A stretch of DNA of 27,913 nucleotides from Chloroflexota bacterium (GCA_005889515.1 VBHE01000028.1:1-27913); one strand, 5' to 3'. Numbered from the stretch's first letter, positions 8,252 through 19,084 are shown. Program-made: numbers and translations. Notes: generated by a model from the letters alone, not told the origin.

Positions 8252-8722
8252 ATGACCGCCACCGGCCATCCCCACCCCTCCCCGAGGCACCAGGCGATGG
8301 ACGAGGCCGTGCGCGCCGCGCCGGCCGAGCACAAGCCGAGGCTCGAGGTCTCCGCGCATCACCGCGGCACCGGCTTCCTCGACCGCACCGCCGAGGTGGT
8401 CAACCAGATCGTGGGCTCGATGTGGGTCTTCGTCTTCGTGACCCTGGGCATCGTGGTGTGGCTCTTCGCCGGGAACGTCGTGGGCTTCGACAGGACGCCG
8501 TGGCCGCTGCTGCTCACCATCCTCAACCTGCCCCAGCTCTCGATCATGATCTCGCTGCAGGTGAGCGCGAACCTCGCCCAGCGCACCTCCGACGCGCGTG
8601 CCCTCGCCGACCACCAGACCCTGATCGCCCTCCACGAGCTCAGCACCCAGCAGCTCCGCATCCTCCACAACCAGGACAAGGTGCTCGACCTGCTGCGCAA
8701 GAACCTCCCGACCGGCTCCTAG
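8252..8722 (+). CDS. DUF1003-family membrane protein, 156 aa
   Basis: GGAGGG RBS. Motifs DRTAEVVNQIVGSMWVF, FDRTPWPLLLTILNL and IMISLQVSAN match the DUF1003 pattern. Confidence 0.75.
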   Translation: MTATGHPHPSPRHQAMDEAVRAAPAEHKPRLEVSAHHRGTGFLDRTAEVVNQIVGSMWVFVFVTLGIVVWLFAGNVVGFDRTPWPLLLTILNLPQLSIMISLQVSANLAQRTSDARALADHQTLIALHELSTQQLRILHNQDKVLDLLRKNLPTGS

Positions 8723-8730
8723 CAGGCGGC

Positions 8731-9465
8731 TCACGGAGTCCGGCGGCGGAGCGTCGCCGCGCCGAGCAGCAGCGACAGCAGCACGCATCCCGCCACGATG
8801 GCGATGTCGCGCCCCAGCTGCGCGCCCGCCGCCGCCGAGGTGGTCACGAGGGTCATCGCGTCGACGGCGTAGGCGAGCGGCATGACGTCGGACAGCCGGC
8901 CGAGCACCGCCGCCGTCTGGTCGCGCGGCACGAAGAGCCCGCAGAGCAGCACCTGGGGCAGCGCGAAGAGTGGCATGAACTGCACCGCCTGGAACTCGGT
9001 GCGGGCGAAGGCGCTGACGAGCAGGCCGAGCGCCATCCCGAGGAGCGCGTCGAGCACCGCGATGACGATCAGCAGGACGACGGATCCGCTGACGCCGAGC
9101 CCGAGCCAGGTGAGCGCGATCGCCGCGACGACGCCGACCTGGGCGACCGCGAGGAGGCCGAGGGCGAGCGCGTAGCCGGCGAGCAGGTCGAGCTTGCCGA
9201 TCGGCATCGTCATCAGCCGCTCGAGGGTGCCGGTGGTGCGCTCGCGCAGCGTCCCCACCGAGGCGATGAGGAACATGACGACGAACGGGAAGATGCAGAG
9301 CAGGGCGGGAGCGACGCGGTCGAAGGTGCGCTGCTCGTCGAGCACGTAGCGGAGCAGGACGACGAGGAGCGAGGGGAGCAGGATCGTCATCCCCACGGTG
9401 CGGCGGTCGTGGCGCAGCTGCTCGAGCGTGCGCCGGGCGGTGGCGAACGTCCGCGACGCGCTCAT
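8731..9465 (-). CDS. ABC-2 type exporter permease, 244 aa
   Basis: LEQLRHDRRT, LRERTTGTLERLMTMP, FARTEFQAVQFMP and LLCGLFVPRD, with six TM-like segments. The start overlaps the ATPase stop (TGATG). Confidence 0.92.
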   Translation of the reverse strand: MSASRTFATARRTLEQLRHDRRTVGMTILLPSLLVVLLRYVLDEQRTFDRVAPALLCIFPFVVMFLIASVGTLRERTTGTLERLMTMPIGKLDLLAGYALALGLLAVAQVGVVAAIALTWLGLGVSGSVVLLIVIAVLDALLGMALGLLVSAFARTEFQAVQFMPLFALPQVLLCGLFVPRDQTAAVLGRLSDVMPLAYAVDAMTLVTTSAAAGAQLGRDIAIVAGCVLLSLLLGAATLRRRTP

Positions 9466-10124
9466 CAGGACACCGCCCTCACCGTCGTCCCGCTCCGCAC
9501 CAGCCGCAGGAAGGCGCGCTCGAGATCGGACGCGCCGGTGCGCTGGAGCAGTGCCTCGGGGGTGTCGTCGGCGAGGATGCGGCCCTCGCGCATGAGGATG
9601 AGCCGCTCGCAGCGGCTCGCCTCGTCCATCACGTGCGAGGACACGAGCAGGGTGGTGCCGCGCTCGTCGCGAAGGCGGTGGAACGTCGCCCACAGCTCCT
9701 CGCGGAGCACCGGGTCGAGGCCGACGGTCGGCTCGTCGAGGACGAGGAGCTCCGGCGTCCCGAGCAGGGCGACGGCGAGGTTCGCCCGCGACAGCTGGCC
9801 TCCTGAGAGGCGGGAGACGAGCTGGTCGCGCTCGGGCGCGAGCGAGACCTCCTCGATCACCCGTTCCGGGTCCCGGGCGGGCGCACCCAGGACGCTCGCG
9901 AAGTAGCTCCCCGCCGGGAGCCCGAGCACGGTGACCGCGCCGCCGGCGACCTCCTGCACGCCGACGATGGAGCGCAGCAGGGTCGACTTCCCGCAGCCGC
10001 TCGGGCCGAGCAGCCCGGTCACCGTCCCCCGGGCCACCGCGACGTCGAGGTCCGGGATGACCTCACGCCCGCCGCGGACGACGCGCAGTCCCTCCACCGA
10101 GATCGCCGCGGGGAAACTCATCAT
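9465..10124 (-). CDS. ABC exporter ATP-binding subunit, 219 aa, apparently lacking the Q-loop segment
   Basis: Walker A GPSGCGKST, signature LSGGQ, Walker B LLVLDEPT and H-loop SSH are all present. Between LPAGS and YFASVLG (junction 9905/9906) the usual GY..Q.P..Y..LT..EN segment is absent. Confidence 0.88.
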   Translation of the reverse strand: MMSFPAAISVEGLRVVRGGREVIPDLDVAVARGTVTGLLGPSGCGKSTLLRSIVGVQEVAGGAVTVLGLPAGSYFASVLGAPARDPERVIEEVSLAPERDQLVSRLSGGQLSRANLAVALLGTPELLVLDEPTVGLDPVLREELWATFHRLRDERGTTLLVSSHVMDEASRCERLILMREGRILADDTPEALLQRTGASDLERAFLRLVRSGTTVRAVS

Positions 10125-10161
10125 ACGTTGAATTGTCGTCCATGCCACGCCGGGGCGTCAA
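10115..10161 (-). promoter_or_regulatory. Sigma-70-type leaderless promoter of the ABC operon with an overlapping imperfect palindrome (probable TetR operator)
   Basis: On the minus strand: TTGACG (10161-10156)-18 nt-GACAAT (10137-10132)-7 nt-ATG 10124. The palindrome AACTCATCATACGTTGAATT (10115-10134) pairs at 7 of 10 positions and covers the start site. Confidence 0.62.
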
Positions 10162-10197
10162 GATGCCCGGTGTCCCGTCGCTCACGAGGAGGCATCC

Positions 10198-10569
10198 ATG
10201 CGCGTGACCCGCACCCGGCCCGAGAGCGTGGCCGGCCCCGCCGCCTGGTTCACCGGCACCGTCTGGATCGACCAGATCGCGGCCGCCGCCGCCCCGTCGA
10301 CCCTCCATGCGCTCAGCGTGCACTTCACCCCCGGGGCGCGCACCGCCTGGCACGAGCACCCCCGCGGGCAGATCCTCCATGTCCTCGAGGGGTCCGGGCG
10401 GGTCCAGTCCCGCGGCGGGCTCGCCGAGCCCGGGGAGTGGCACTGGCACGGTGCCGGCCCGGGAACGTTCATGACCCACCTCGCCCTCCAGGAGGCGGGT
10501 GACGACGGCGCCCATGCGCACTGGGGCGACCACGTGAGCGACGAGGACTATCAGTCGCCGTCGAGGTAG
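10198..10569 (+). CDS. Cupin-domain protein, 123 aa, apparently shortened internally
   Basis: GAGGAGG RBS. Motifs WFTGTVW, VHFTPGARTAWHEHPRGQILHVLEG and EPGEWHWHGA...FMTHLALQE. The linker between VQSRGG and LAEPGE is shorter than usual. Confidence 0.82.
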   Translation: MRVTRTRPESVAGPAAWFTGTVWIDQIAAAAAPSTLHALSVHFTPGARTAWHEHPRGQILHVLEGSGRVQSRGGLAEPGEWHWHGAGPGTFMTHLALQEAGDDGAHAHWGDHVSDEDYQSPSR

Positions 10570-11137
10570 CGCTGGATCGTCGGGGCGACGAGCCTCACGA
10601 TCTCCTCCTCGTCCGCCGACGCCAGCGGCTCCACGCCGATGAGGTGGCGGACCATCGCCAGCCCGATCAGCTGGGAGGCGGCCGCGGTGACCCGCAGCGG
10701 GGGGACACCGAGCGCGCCCGCGACCCGGGTGACCAGCGCCTCGGTGACGAACTGCCGGATCATCTCCGCCGCCTGCTCGTTGGTCGTCGCGGAGCGCAGC
10801 AGGGCGAGCACCGGCGCGCGCCGCTCGGGGTCGCGCCAGAGGGCGAGGAAGAGTCTCACGAAGCGCTCGCCGACCTGCTCGCGCGGGCCGCCGACCAGCT
10901 GGGGGAGCAGGTCCGCGGGCTGGAAGGGCAGCTCCATGGCGGCGACGAAGACCTGCTCCTTGGTGCCGAAGAAGTGGTGCACCAGGGCGGCGTCGACCCC
11001 CGCCTCCTGGGCGATCGCCCGGATGGTCGCGCCGTCGTAGCCGCGCTCGGCGAAGAGCCGGCGTGCGGCGGCGAGGATGTCGCCGCGGGAGACGGTGGGG
11101 CCGGAGCGGCGCCCCGGCCGCCGGGCCGGCGCGTCGC

Positions 11138-11141
<4 letters not shown>
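10551..11141 (-). CDS. TetR-family regulator (Rv1685c/TetR_C_16-like), 196 aa
   Basis: GTG 11141 overlaps the typA stop (GTGA). HTH region ILAAARRLFAERGYDGATIRAIAQEAGVDAALVHHFFGTKE, with C-terminal ASQLIGLAMVRHLIGVEPLAS. Confidence 0.92.
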
Positions 11142-12985
<1,844 letters not shown>

Positions 12986-13012
12986 TGGCGCATCCTAACC
13001 GCGAACCGACGA

Positions 13013-13033
13013 GGGGGCGGCGGAGCCGCCCCC
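13013..13033. terminator. GC-rich hairpin between the htrA stop and the typA promoter; possible terminator without a U-tract
   Basis: GGGGGCGGC-gga-GCCGCCCCC, a 9-bp perfect stem with no poly-U. Confidence 0.45.
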
Positions 13034-13057
13034 CGTGGTCCGTGACACTCCGTGGGA

Positions 13058-14560
13058 TTACTGACCCTTGGGGCGTTCGGTGAGGGTCGCCTGCAGCTTC
13101 ATCGTGTCGTTGCCGCGGCGCACCGTGAAGCTCACCGAGTCCCCGACGTGGTACTGCTGGATGAGGCCACCGAGGGTCTGGCCGTTGTCGAGGTCGACGC
13201 CGTTCACCGCGATCAGCACGTCGCCGCTGTGGAAGCCCGCAGAGGCGGCGGGGGTGGCGTCGACCACCTTGGTGACGAGCACGCCGGGGCCGGTGAAGGG
13301 CTGGCCGCTCTCGGTGGCGTCGATGGCGGTCAGGTAGGAGATCCCGAGGAAGGGATGCTTCACCGGCTGGCGCGCGATCAGCGCCTGGGCGACGTTCTGG
13401 GCGACGTCGCTGGGGATGCTGAACCCGATCCGGCTGGTGTTGCCGGCGACGGCGACGTTGATCCCGATGATCCGTCCCTGCATGTCGGCGAGAGGGCCGC
13501 CGCTGTTGCCCGGGTTGATCGAGGCGTCGGTCTGGAGCACGTCCTGGAGGGTCTCCGCGGAGGTCGACGTCCCCGAGCCGGCGCTGATGGTGCGGTGGAG
13601 CGCGCTGATCACCCCGACGGTCACCGAGCCGTCGTTGCCGAGCGGGCTGCCGATGGCGACCACCTGCTCGCCCACCTTGAGGTCGGCCGACTTGCCGAAG
13701 ACCGCCTGGGGCAGGCCGGTGTCGGCCACCGAGATCACCGCCAGATCGTCGAAGGCGTCGGTGCCGACCACCGTCGCCTTGAGGTTCTTGCCCCCGGGCA
13801 TCACCAGGTCGAGCGACTTGGCGCCGTCGACGACGTGGTTGTTGGTGATCAGGTAGCTGTTGCTGCTGTCGTGGGCGATCACCACCCCGCTCCCGAGCGA
13901 GGCGCTGCCGGTGCCGGTGGCGGTTCCCGTTCCCGACTTGGCGATGATCGTCCCCACCGCGGGGCCCAGGTCCTGGGCGACGCGCACCGCGTCACCGCCG
14001 CCGCTGGATCCGCTGCTCGAGGTGGTGGGCTGGTCGTTGACGAGGATGTTGGCGGTGCGCGAGCCGGAGTCGTTCCTGGCGAACCCCGCGCCCACCAGCG
14101 CCCCGGCGGCGACCCCGACCGCGAGCATGAGCGCACCGACGACGATGAGCGGACGTCGCGAGCCGCCGCCGGCGTCGCCGGCGGGCCCTCCGGGAGGGGG
14201 AGGTGAGCCCCACCCGGCCGGCAGGGCGGGAGCCGACCATCCCGGCGTGGCGCTGCCGGGGACGGGCGGCCCTGCCGGGGGCGGGGCCGGGGGGGCGACG
14301 GTCTCACCCCATGCCGCGGGGGGCGGAGGGGGAGGGGGAGGTGCGACCGGGGGGGGCCCGGTCGGGGAGGGCGGGAAAGGGTGCGCCCCCGCAGCCGGAG
14401 GGGTAGCGGCCGGCTGCGGGGGAGTGGGGGGCGGAGGAGGTGCCGAGGACGAGCCCCAGCTCCAGGCGGCCGCGGGACCGGAGCCGGCGTCCGGCGCGGG
14501 GCCGGGGGCCTGCTCGGGCGGGGTCGCCTCGCCGGGCGGCGGTGTCTGCTCGTCCGTCAT
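13058..14560 (-). CDS. htrA: Membrane-anchored HtrA/DegP-family serine protease with one PDZ domain, 500 aa
   Basis: AGGA RBS before ATG 14560. Pro-rich N-terminal tail of about 130 aa, TM LIVVGALMLAVGVAAGALVGAGF, catalytic His (TNNHVV), Asp (DDLAV) and Ser (INPGNSGGPL), then a C-terminal PDZ domain. Confidence 0.92.
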   Translation of the reverse strand: MTDEQTPPPGEATPPEQAPGPAPDAGSGPAAAWSWGSSSAPPPPPTPPQPAATPPAAGAHPFPPSPTGPPPVAPPPPPPPPAAWGETVAPPAPPPAGPPVPGSATPGWSAPALPAGWGSPPPPGGPAGDAGGGSRRPLIVVGALMLAVGVAAGALVGAGFARNDSGSRTANILVNDQPTTSSSGSSGGGDAVRVAQDLGPAVGTIIAKSGTGTATGTGSASLGSGVVIAHDSSNSYLITNNHVVDGAKSLDLVMPGGKNLKATVVGTDAFDDLAVISVADTGLPQAVFGKSADLKVGEQVVAIGSPLGNDGSVTVGVISALHRTISAGSGTSTSAETLQDVLQTDASINPGNSGGPLADMQGRIIGINVAVAGNTSRIGFSIPSDVAQNVAQALIARQPVKHPFLGISYLTAIDATESGQPFTGPGVLVTKVVDATPAASAGFHSGDVLIAVNGVDLDNGQTLGGLIQQYHVGDSVSFTVRRGNDTMKLQATLTERPKGQ

Positions 14561-14675
14561 GTCGGGAGTCCTGGTTCTGGCGCGAATCCGGTCGCGCCGG
14601 CCGGGTGGGCGGCCCGCGGGCCGAGGTCCATCACCGGAGCGGAGCCTAGCGAGCCACGATAACCCGGCTGTAAAC

Positions 14676-15611
14676 ATGGGTGCCGTCATGCCGCGCCTCA
14701 CCTGTGCCCTCGGCCCCGACAGCGCCGGTGACCTCCTCGCCGGGATCATCGGCGGTGCCTCCGACGCCCTCGACCTCGCCGTCTACGAGGTGGGCCCGTC
14801 GTACGCGGGACCGCTCGCGGCGGCCGCGTCGAGGGGAGTGCGGGTCCGCCTCCTCGTCGACGGCCACGCCGGCGCCAACGCCGCCTCCGCCCGGCTCCTC
14901 GCGGGCTGCGGCGCGGAGGTGCGGGTGTGGGCGCGCCGCCCGGCCGAGGCCCACTGGAAGCTGCTCGTCGCCGGCGACGCGACCCTCGCGGTGGGCAGCG
15001 GCAACCTCATCGCCCGCGACGCCCTCGCCGCCTGCGCGCGGGCCGCGCTCGAGGCGGCCTGGGGCGAGGCGGATCCCCCGCCGGCGGCGTGGGCCGGGGC
15101 GGTGGCCGAGGTCCCCGCCGTCGGCGTCCCCCGCCCCGCCGTCGCCGCCCTCGAGGTGGACGTGGACCCCGGGGCGCTCGAGCTCGTCACCGGGGGCCGG
15201 GTGGTGGCCGCGCTGCTCGCCGCCCGCCTCGGGGGGGTGCGCCACCGCGCCCTCGTCACCGTGCCCTACGTGCACCCCCACGTCATCGCCGTCGCCGGCC
15301 TCCTCCGCGCGCTCGCCGCCGCCGCGGGCCGCGGCGCCGACGTCCGCCTCCTGCTCGGCGGCGTCCCCGACCCGGCCGACCTCGCCGCGGTCCGCGGGCT
15401 CGGGCTCGCGGCGCGGGTGATGGACCCCGCCCGCTCCACCACCGGCCACGCCAAGGGCGCGGTGCTCGACGGCGCCGCGATCGCCGGGTCGGCGAACTGG
15501 AGCGGCGCCGGTCTCGGCGCCAACCTCGAGGCCGCGCTGGCGGCCGACGACCCGGCCGCCGCCGGCTACTTCGCGGCCGCGTTCGAGCGCGACTGGGCGG
15601 CGTCGGGCTGA
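14676..15611 (+). CDS. Phospholipase D-superfamily protein with two HKD half-domains and no signal peptide (alternative start 14688)
   Basis: LDLAVYE...GVRVRLLVD, HWKLLVAGD...GSGN, ALVTVPY...GADVRLLL and HAKGAVLD...GSANW...NLE. Confidence 0.78.
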   Translation: MGAVMPRLTCALGPDSAGDLLAGIIGGASDALDLAVYEVGPSYAGPLAAAASRGVRVRLLVDGHAGANAASARLLAGCGAEVRVWARRPAEAHWKLLVAGDATLAVGSGNLIARDALAACARAALEAAWGEADPPPAAWAGAVAEVPAVGVPRPAVAALEVDVDPGALELVTGGRVVAALLAARLGGVRHRALVTVPYVHPHVIAVAGLLRALAAAAGRGADVRLLLGGVPDPADLAAVRGLGLAARVMDPARSTTGHAKGAVLDGAAIAGSANWSGAGLGANLEAALAADDPAAAGYFAAAFERDWAASG

Positions 15612-15614
15612 GGG

Positions 15615-16175
15615 TTACCCGGTGCCGTGGAGGACGCCCCCGACGAGCGCGTCGACGATCCCGCCGGAGGGGGATGGGCTCGACGGCGGCGGGGTCGGCT
15701 CCGGGGAGCCGGTGGGCGGAGCGGCCGTCACCGGGTCGACCGCGGCGGAGGGTGGGACCGGGACGGCGGCGAGCACCGGTGCGGTGACCTGGGTGAGCTG
15801 CCGCTTCGGGCGGCTCGCGGCCGGCGGGGGGGCGGTGACCGGCGCCGCGGGGATCGCGGCCGGGGCCGGGGAGGGGAGGAAGGTGGGAGGGAACGCGAGG
15901 CCGCCGAGGCCGGCGGAGCTCGGGAGGTTCGGCGACCCGGGCTCGATCACGGAGAGCGGGGGAGAGGAGGAGACCGGCACCGCGCTCGGACCGACTCCCG
16001 CGGGAGTCAGGTTGAGGACGATGAGGCCGCCCATGGCGAGGGCGGTGGCGGCGACGACGCTCCAGGCCACCCGCACGGCCTGGCCCTGGCGACGGCGCAG
16101 GTGGCGGGTGACCACGTCGAAATCCGAGACCACGCCGTCGACAGAGGCCTTCCAGCCCGCGTCACCGTCGGTCAT
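15615..16175 (-). CDS. Hypothetical single-pass membrane protein with a Pro/Ser/Ala-rich C-terminal region, 186 aa
   Basis: ATG 16175, a basic stretch RHLRRRQG, TM VAWSVVAATALAMGGLIVL, then a low-complexity Pro-rich tail ending in TAA. Confidence 0.6.
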   Translation of the reverse strand: MTDGDAGWKASVDGVVSDFDVVTRHLRRRQGQAVRVAWSVVAATALAMGGLIVLNLTPAGVGPSAVPVSSSPPLSVIEPGSPNLPSSAGLGGLAFPPTFLPSPAPAAIPAAPVTAPPPAASRPKRQLTQVTAPVLAAVPVPPSAAVDPVTAAPPTGSPEPTPPPSSPSPSGGIVDALVGGVLHGTG

Positions 16176-16271
16176 CCCATGCCCCCATAGCCCGCCTGTG
16201 GACACCGCTCCGAAACCTGGAGACGCACCCGCGCACCGGCATCTTGCGGGGGTCATCGGATCGCGACCCCG

Positions 16272-16312
16272 CCTTCACATCCCTTCACAACCGTCACCGC
16301 CTCGCCTACTCT
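16272..16312 (+). promoter_or_regulatory. Sigma-70-type promoter with tandem CCTTCACA repeats
   Basis: TTCACA (16284-16289)-17 nt-TACTCT (16307-16312)-7 nt-GTG 16320. CCTTCACA occurs at 16272 and 16282, with a degenerate CCGTCACC at 16291. Confidence 0.6.
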
Positions 16313-16319
16313 CCGCCGC

Positions 16320-16452
16320 GTGCAGCACGCTGCTCCTCCAGCAGCACGGCGACCTCGACGGCGCGCGCCGGGCGTTCGGGGTGGCCGCGGGCTCCGGGGA
16401 CGAGGAGTTCGCCCGCTACGCGAGAGCCCGGCTCAGGGCGCTGGAGCGGTAG
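16320..16452 (+). pseudogene. Probable remnant of a TPR-like helical-repeat gene
   Basis: 16330-16452 encodes LLLQQHGDLDGARRAFGVAAGSGDEEFARYARARLRALER* with high GC3 and a TPR-like pattern. It has no in-frame start, and the promoter-aligned GTG 16320 is in a different frame. Confidence 0.5.
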
Positions 16453-16484
16453 AGGCCCGTCGCCGCTGCGGGTACGCTAGGGTC

Positions 16485-19043
16485 ATGGACCTGCGAGACG
16501 AGGTGCGGTCGGCCGGCGACCCGGCGATCGAGACGCTCCCCGTCGTCCCGCTGCGCGACAACGTCGTGTTCCCTCAGCAGCTCGCGCCACTCGGCGCCGG
16601 GCGGCCGCGGTCGGTCGGCGCCCTCGAGGCCGCGGTGGGGGCGGACGGGCGGGTGGTGCTCGCCGTCCAGCGCAGCGCCGAGATCGACGACGTCGGCATC
16701 GCCGACCTCCATCCCATCGCCGTCGTCGCCCATGTCGGGGCGTTCCGGCGGATGCCGACCGGGGCACAGGCGCTCGTCGAGGGACAGCATCGGGTGCGCA
16801 TCCAGACCCTGGAGGCCGACGGCGAGCGCTGGAGCGGCACCGTGGTCGGGGTCGAGGACACCATCGAGCAGGGCAACGAGGTCGACGCCCTCGCCGGCTC
16901 GGTGAAGTCGCTCTTCGGCGAGTACGTCGTCGCCGGCGCGGCGGTGGCGCCCGAGGTGGCGGTGGCGGTGTCGCGCACCACCGAGCCGGCGCGGATCGCC
17001 GACGTCTGCAGCGCCGCCCCCGACATCGCCGCCGTCGACAAGGTGGCGCTCCTCCAGGAGCTCGACGTGGGCACGCGGTTGCGGATGCTCGTCCCCCTGC
17101 TCGCCAAGCAGGTCGAGGTCGCCCAGCTGCGCAGCAAGATCAACGAGGACGTCCAGAAGACGATCAACAAGGGTCAGCGCGAGCACATCCTCCGCGAGCA
17201 GCTCCGGGCCATCAAGCGCGACCTGGCCGAGCTCGAGGGCACCGTCGAGGACGAGGACGATCTGGCCACCCGTGTCGCGAACCTGGGGATGCCCGACTCG
17301 GTGCGCGTCCGCGCGCTCAAGGAGGTGTCGCGGCTCGAGCAGATCCCCCAGGCCTCCCCTGAGCTCGGGATGGTGCGCACCTACATCGACTGGCTGCTCG
17401 AGCTGCCCTGGGCCGACCCACCCCCCGAGGAGGTGGACATCGAGCGCGCCAAGGAGATCCTCGACGAGGACCACTTCGGCCTGCCCAAGGTGAAGGAGCG
17501 CATCCTCGAGTGGCTGGCGGTGCGCCAGCGCACCCTGGGACGGCTGCGCCTGCGCGAGGCCCAGCGCGCCGCGGAGGCGGTCGGCGACGCCCCCACCGAG
17601 CCGCCCGCGTCCGACGCCCCCTCGGTGGCCACCCCGCTGGTCGAGGAGCCGCGGCCGCGGCGGGCGCTGCAGACCCCGATCCTCTGCCTGGTCGGCCCGC
17701 CCGGCGTGGGCAAGACCTCGCTGGGGCGCAGCATCGCCCGCGCCATGGACCGGCGCTTCGTGCGCATGTCGCTCGGCGGCATCCGCGACGAGGCGGAGAT
17801 CCGCGGCCACCGCCGCACCTACATCGGCGCGCTCCCCGGCCGGATCATCCAGTCGATGAAGCAGGCGGGGACGCGCAACCCGGTGATCATGCTCGACGAG
17901 ATCGACAAGGTCGGCGCCGACTTCCGCGGCGATCCGTCGGCGGCGCTGCTCGAGGTTCTCGACTCCGAGCAGAACCGCGAGTTCTCGGACCACTACCTCG
18001 AGGTTCCATACGACCTCTCCCAGGTGCTCTTCATCACCACCGCGAACGTCACCGAGACCATCAGCCCGCCGCTGCGCGACCGCATGGAGGTGATCCGGAT
18101 CACCGGGTACACCGAGGAGGAGAAGCAGGGCATCGCCGAGCGCCACCTGGTGTCGCGACAGATGGACCAGCACGCGCTCGAGCCGTCGGAGATGGAGATC
18201 ACCGGCGAGGCGCTGATCGCGCTGATCCGCGGCTACACCCGCGAGGCCGGGGTGCGCCAGCTCGACCGCGCCATCGCCCAGGTGTGCCGCAAGGTGCCGC
18301 GCAAGCTGGTGGAGTCGGGGAGCACCGAGAAGGTCGTGGTGCGTCCCGAGGACCTCGAGGAGTTCCTGGGCCCGCAGCGCTACGACTTCGGCGAGGCCGA
18401 GGAGGAGGACCAGGTCGGCGCGGTCACCGGGGTGGTGGTGAGCGAGGTCGGCGGCGACATCGTCACCGTCGAGGCGCTCGCCATCGAGGGCAAGACCGAC
18501 CTCCTGCTCACCGGCCAGCTCGGCAGCGTGATGGAGGAGTCGGCGCGCGCGGCGCTCAGCTGGTCGCGGGTGAACGCGCACCGCTACGGCGCGCGCAAGG
18601 GCTTCTTCGACCAGCATGGCCTGCACATCCACGTCCCCGCGGGGGCGATCCCCAAGGACGGGCCGTCCGCCGGGGTCACCATGGTCACCGCGATGGTGAG
18701 CGCCGCCAGCGGTCGCAAGGTCGACCGTCGGGTGGCGATGACCGGCGAGGTGACCCTGCGCGGCCGGGTGCTCCCCATCGGCGGGGTCAAGGACAAGCTG
18801 CTCGCCGCCCACCGCGCCGGGCTCGCGGTCTTCCTCCTCCCCAGCCGCAACGAGCGCGACCTGCGCGAGGTCGACCGCGAGATCCTCGACCGGATCGAGG
18901 TCATCCCCGTCGACACCGTCGACCAGGTGCTCGAGCGGGCGCTGCTCCCCACCTCGGAGCGCCGCTTCGGCGGCGACCGGCGCGCCGGCTTCGTGGTCGG
19001 TGGTGACGTCACCCCGCCGCCGGGGTTGACAGCCGTCCCCTAG
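16485..19043 (+). CDS. lon: ATP-dependent Lon protease (LonA type), 852 aa
   Basis: [27 protein letters not shown], Walker [16 protein letters not shown], catalytic Ser PKDGPSAG and Lys IGGVKDK. TACGCT lies 6 nt before ATG 16485. Confidence 0.97.
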   Translation: MDLRDEVRSAGDPAIETLPVVPLRDNVVFPQQLAPLGAGRPRSVGALEAAVGADGRVVLAVQRSAEIDDVGIADLHPIAVVAHVGAFRRMPTGAQALVEGQHRVRIQTLEADGERWSGTVVGVEDTIEQGNEVDALAGSVKSLFGEYVVAGAAVAPEVAVAVSRTTEPARIADVCSAAPDIAAVDKVALLQELDVGTRLRMLVPLLAKQVEVAQLRSKINEDVQKTINKGQREHILREQLRAIKRDLAELEGTVEDEDDLATRVANLGMPDSVRVRALKEVSRLEQIPQASPELGMVRTYIDWLLELPWADPPPEEVDIERAKEILDEDHFGLPKVKERILEWLAVRQRTLGRLRLREAQRAAEAVGDAPTEPPASDAPSVATPLVEEPRPRRALQTPILCLVGPPGVGKTSLGRSIARAMDRRFVRMSLGGIRDEAEIRGHRRTYIGALPGRIIQSMKQAGTRNPVIMLDEIDKVGADFRGDPSAALLEVLDSEQNREFSDHYLEVPYDLSQVLFITTANVTETISPPLRDRMEVIRITGYTEEEKQGIAERHLVSRQMDQHALEPSEMEITGEALIALIRGYTREAGVRQLDRAIAQVCRKVPRKLVESGSTEKVVVRPEDLEEFLGPQRYDFGEAEEEDQVGAVTGVVVSEVGGDIVTVEALAIEGKTDLLLTGQLGSVMEESARAALSWSRVNAHRYGARKGFFDQHGLHIHVPAGAIPKDGPSAGVTMVTAMVSAASGRKVDRRVAMTGEVTLRGRVLPIGGVKDKLLAAHRAGLAVFLLPSRNERDLREVDREILDRIEVIPVDTVDQVLERALLPTSERRFGGDRRAGFVVGGDVTPPPGLTAVP

Positions 19044-19084
19044 CCGCCCACCCTGCTCGGATCCGGCACCGAGGAGGGTGGAGC

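Noticed and set aside
10551-10569. Short convergent 3' overlaps (cupin/TetR 19 nt; MBL/Nudix 10 nt at 20551-20560)
   Set aside because: These are ordinary in compact high-GC genomes and show no sign of special function.
14190-14440. Dense G-tracts with G-quadruplex potential
   Set aside because: They are fully explained by poly-Pro codons in the HtrA N-terminal tail on the opposite strand.
16190-16225. Possible SigF/SigB-type promoter (GGTTT...GGGCTA) for the 15615-16175 gene
   Set aside because: The spacing is 19 nt and the -10 match is poor, so it is too weak to call.
17529-17675. Lon insertion as an intein
   Set aside because: It is too short and lacks the N-terminal Cys/Ser and C-terminal His-Asn splice motifs.
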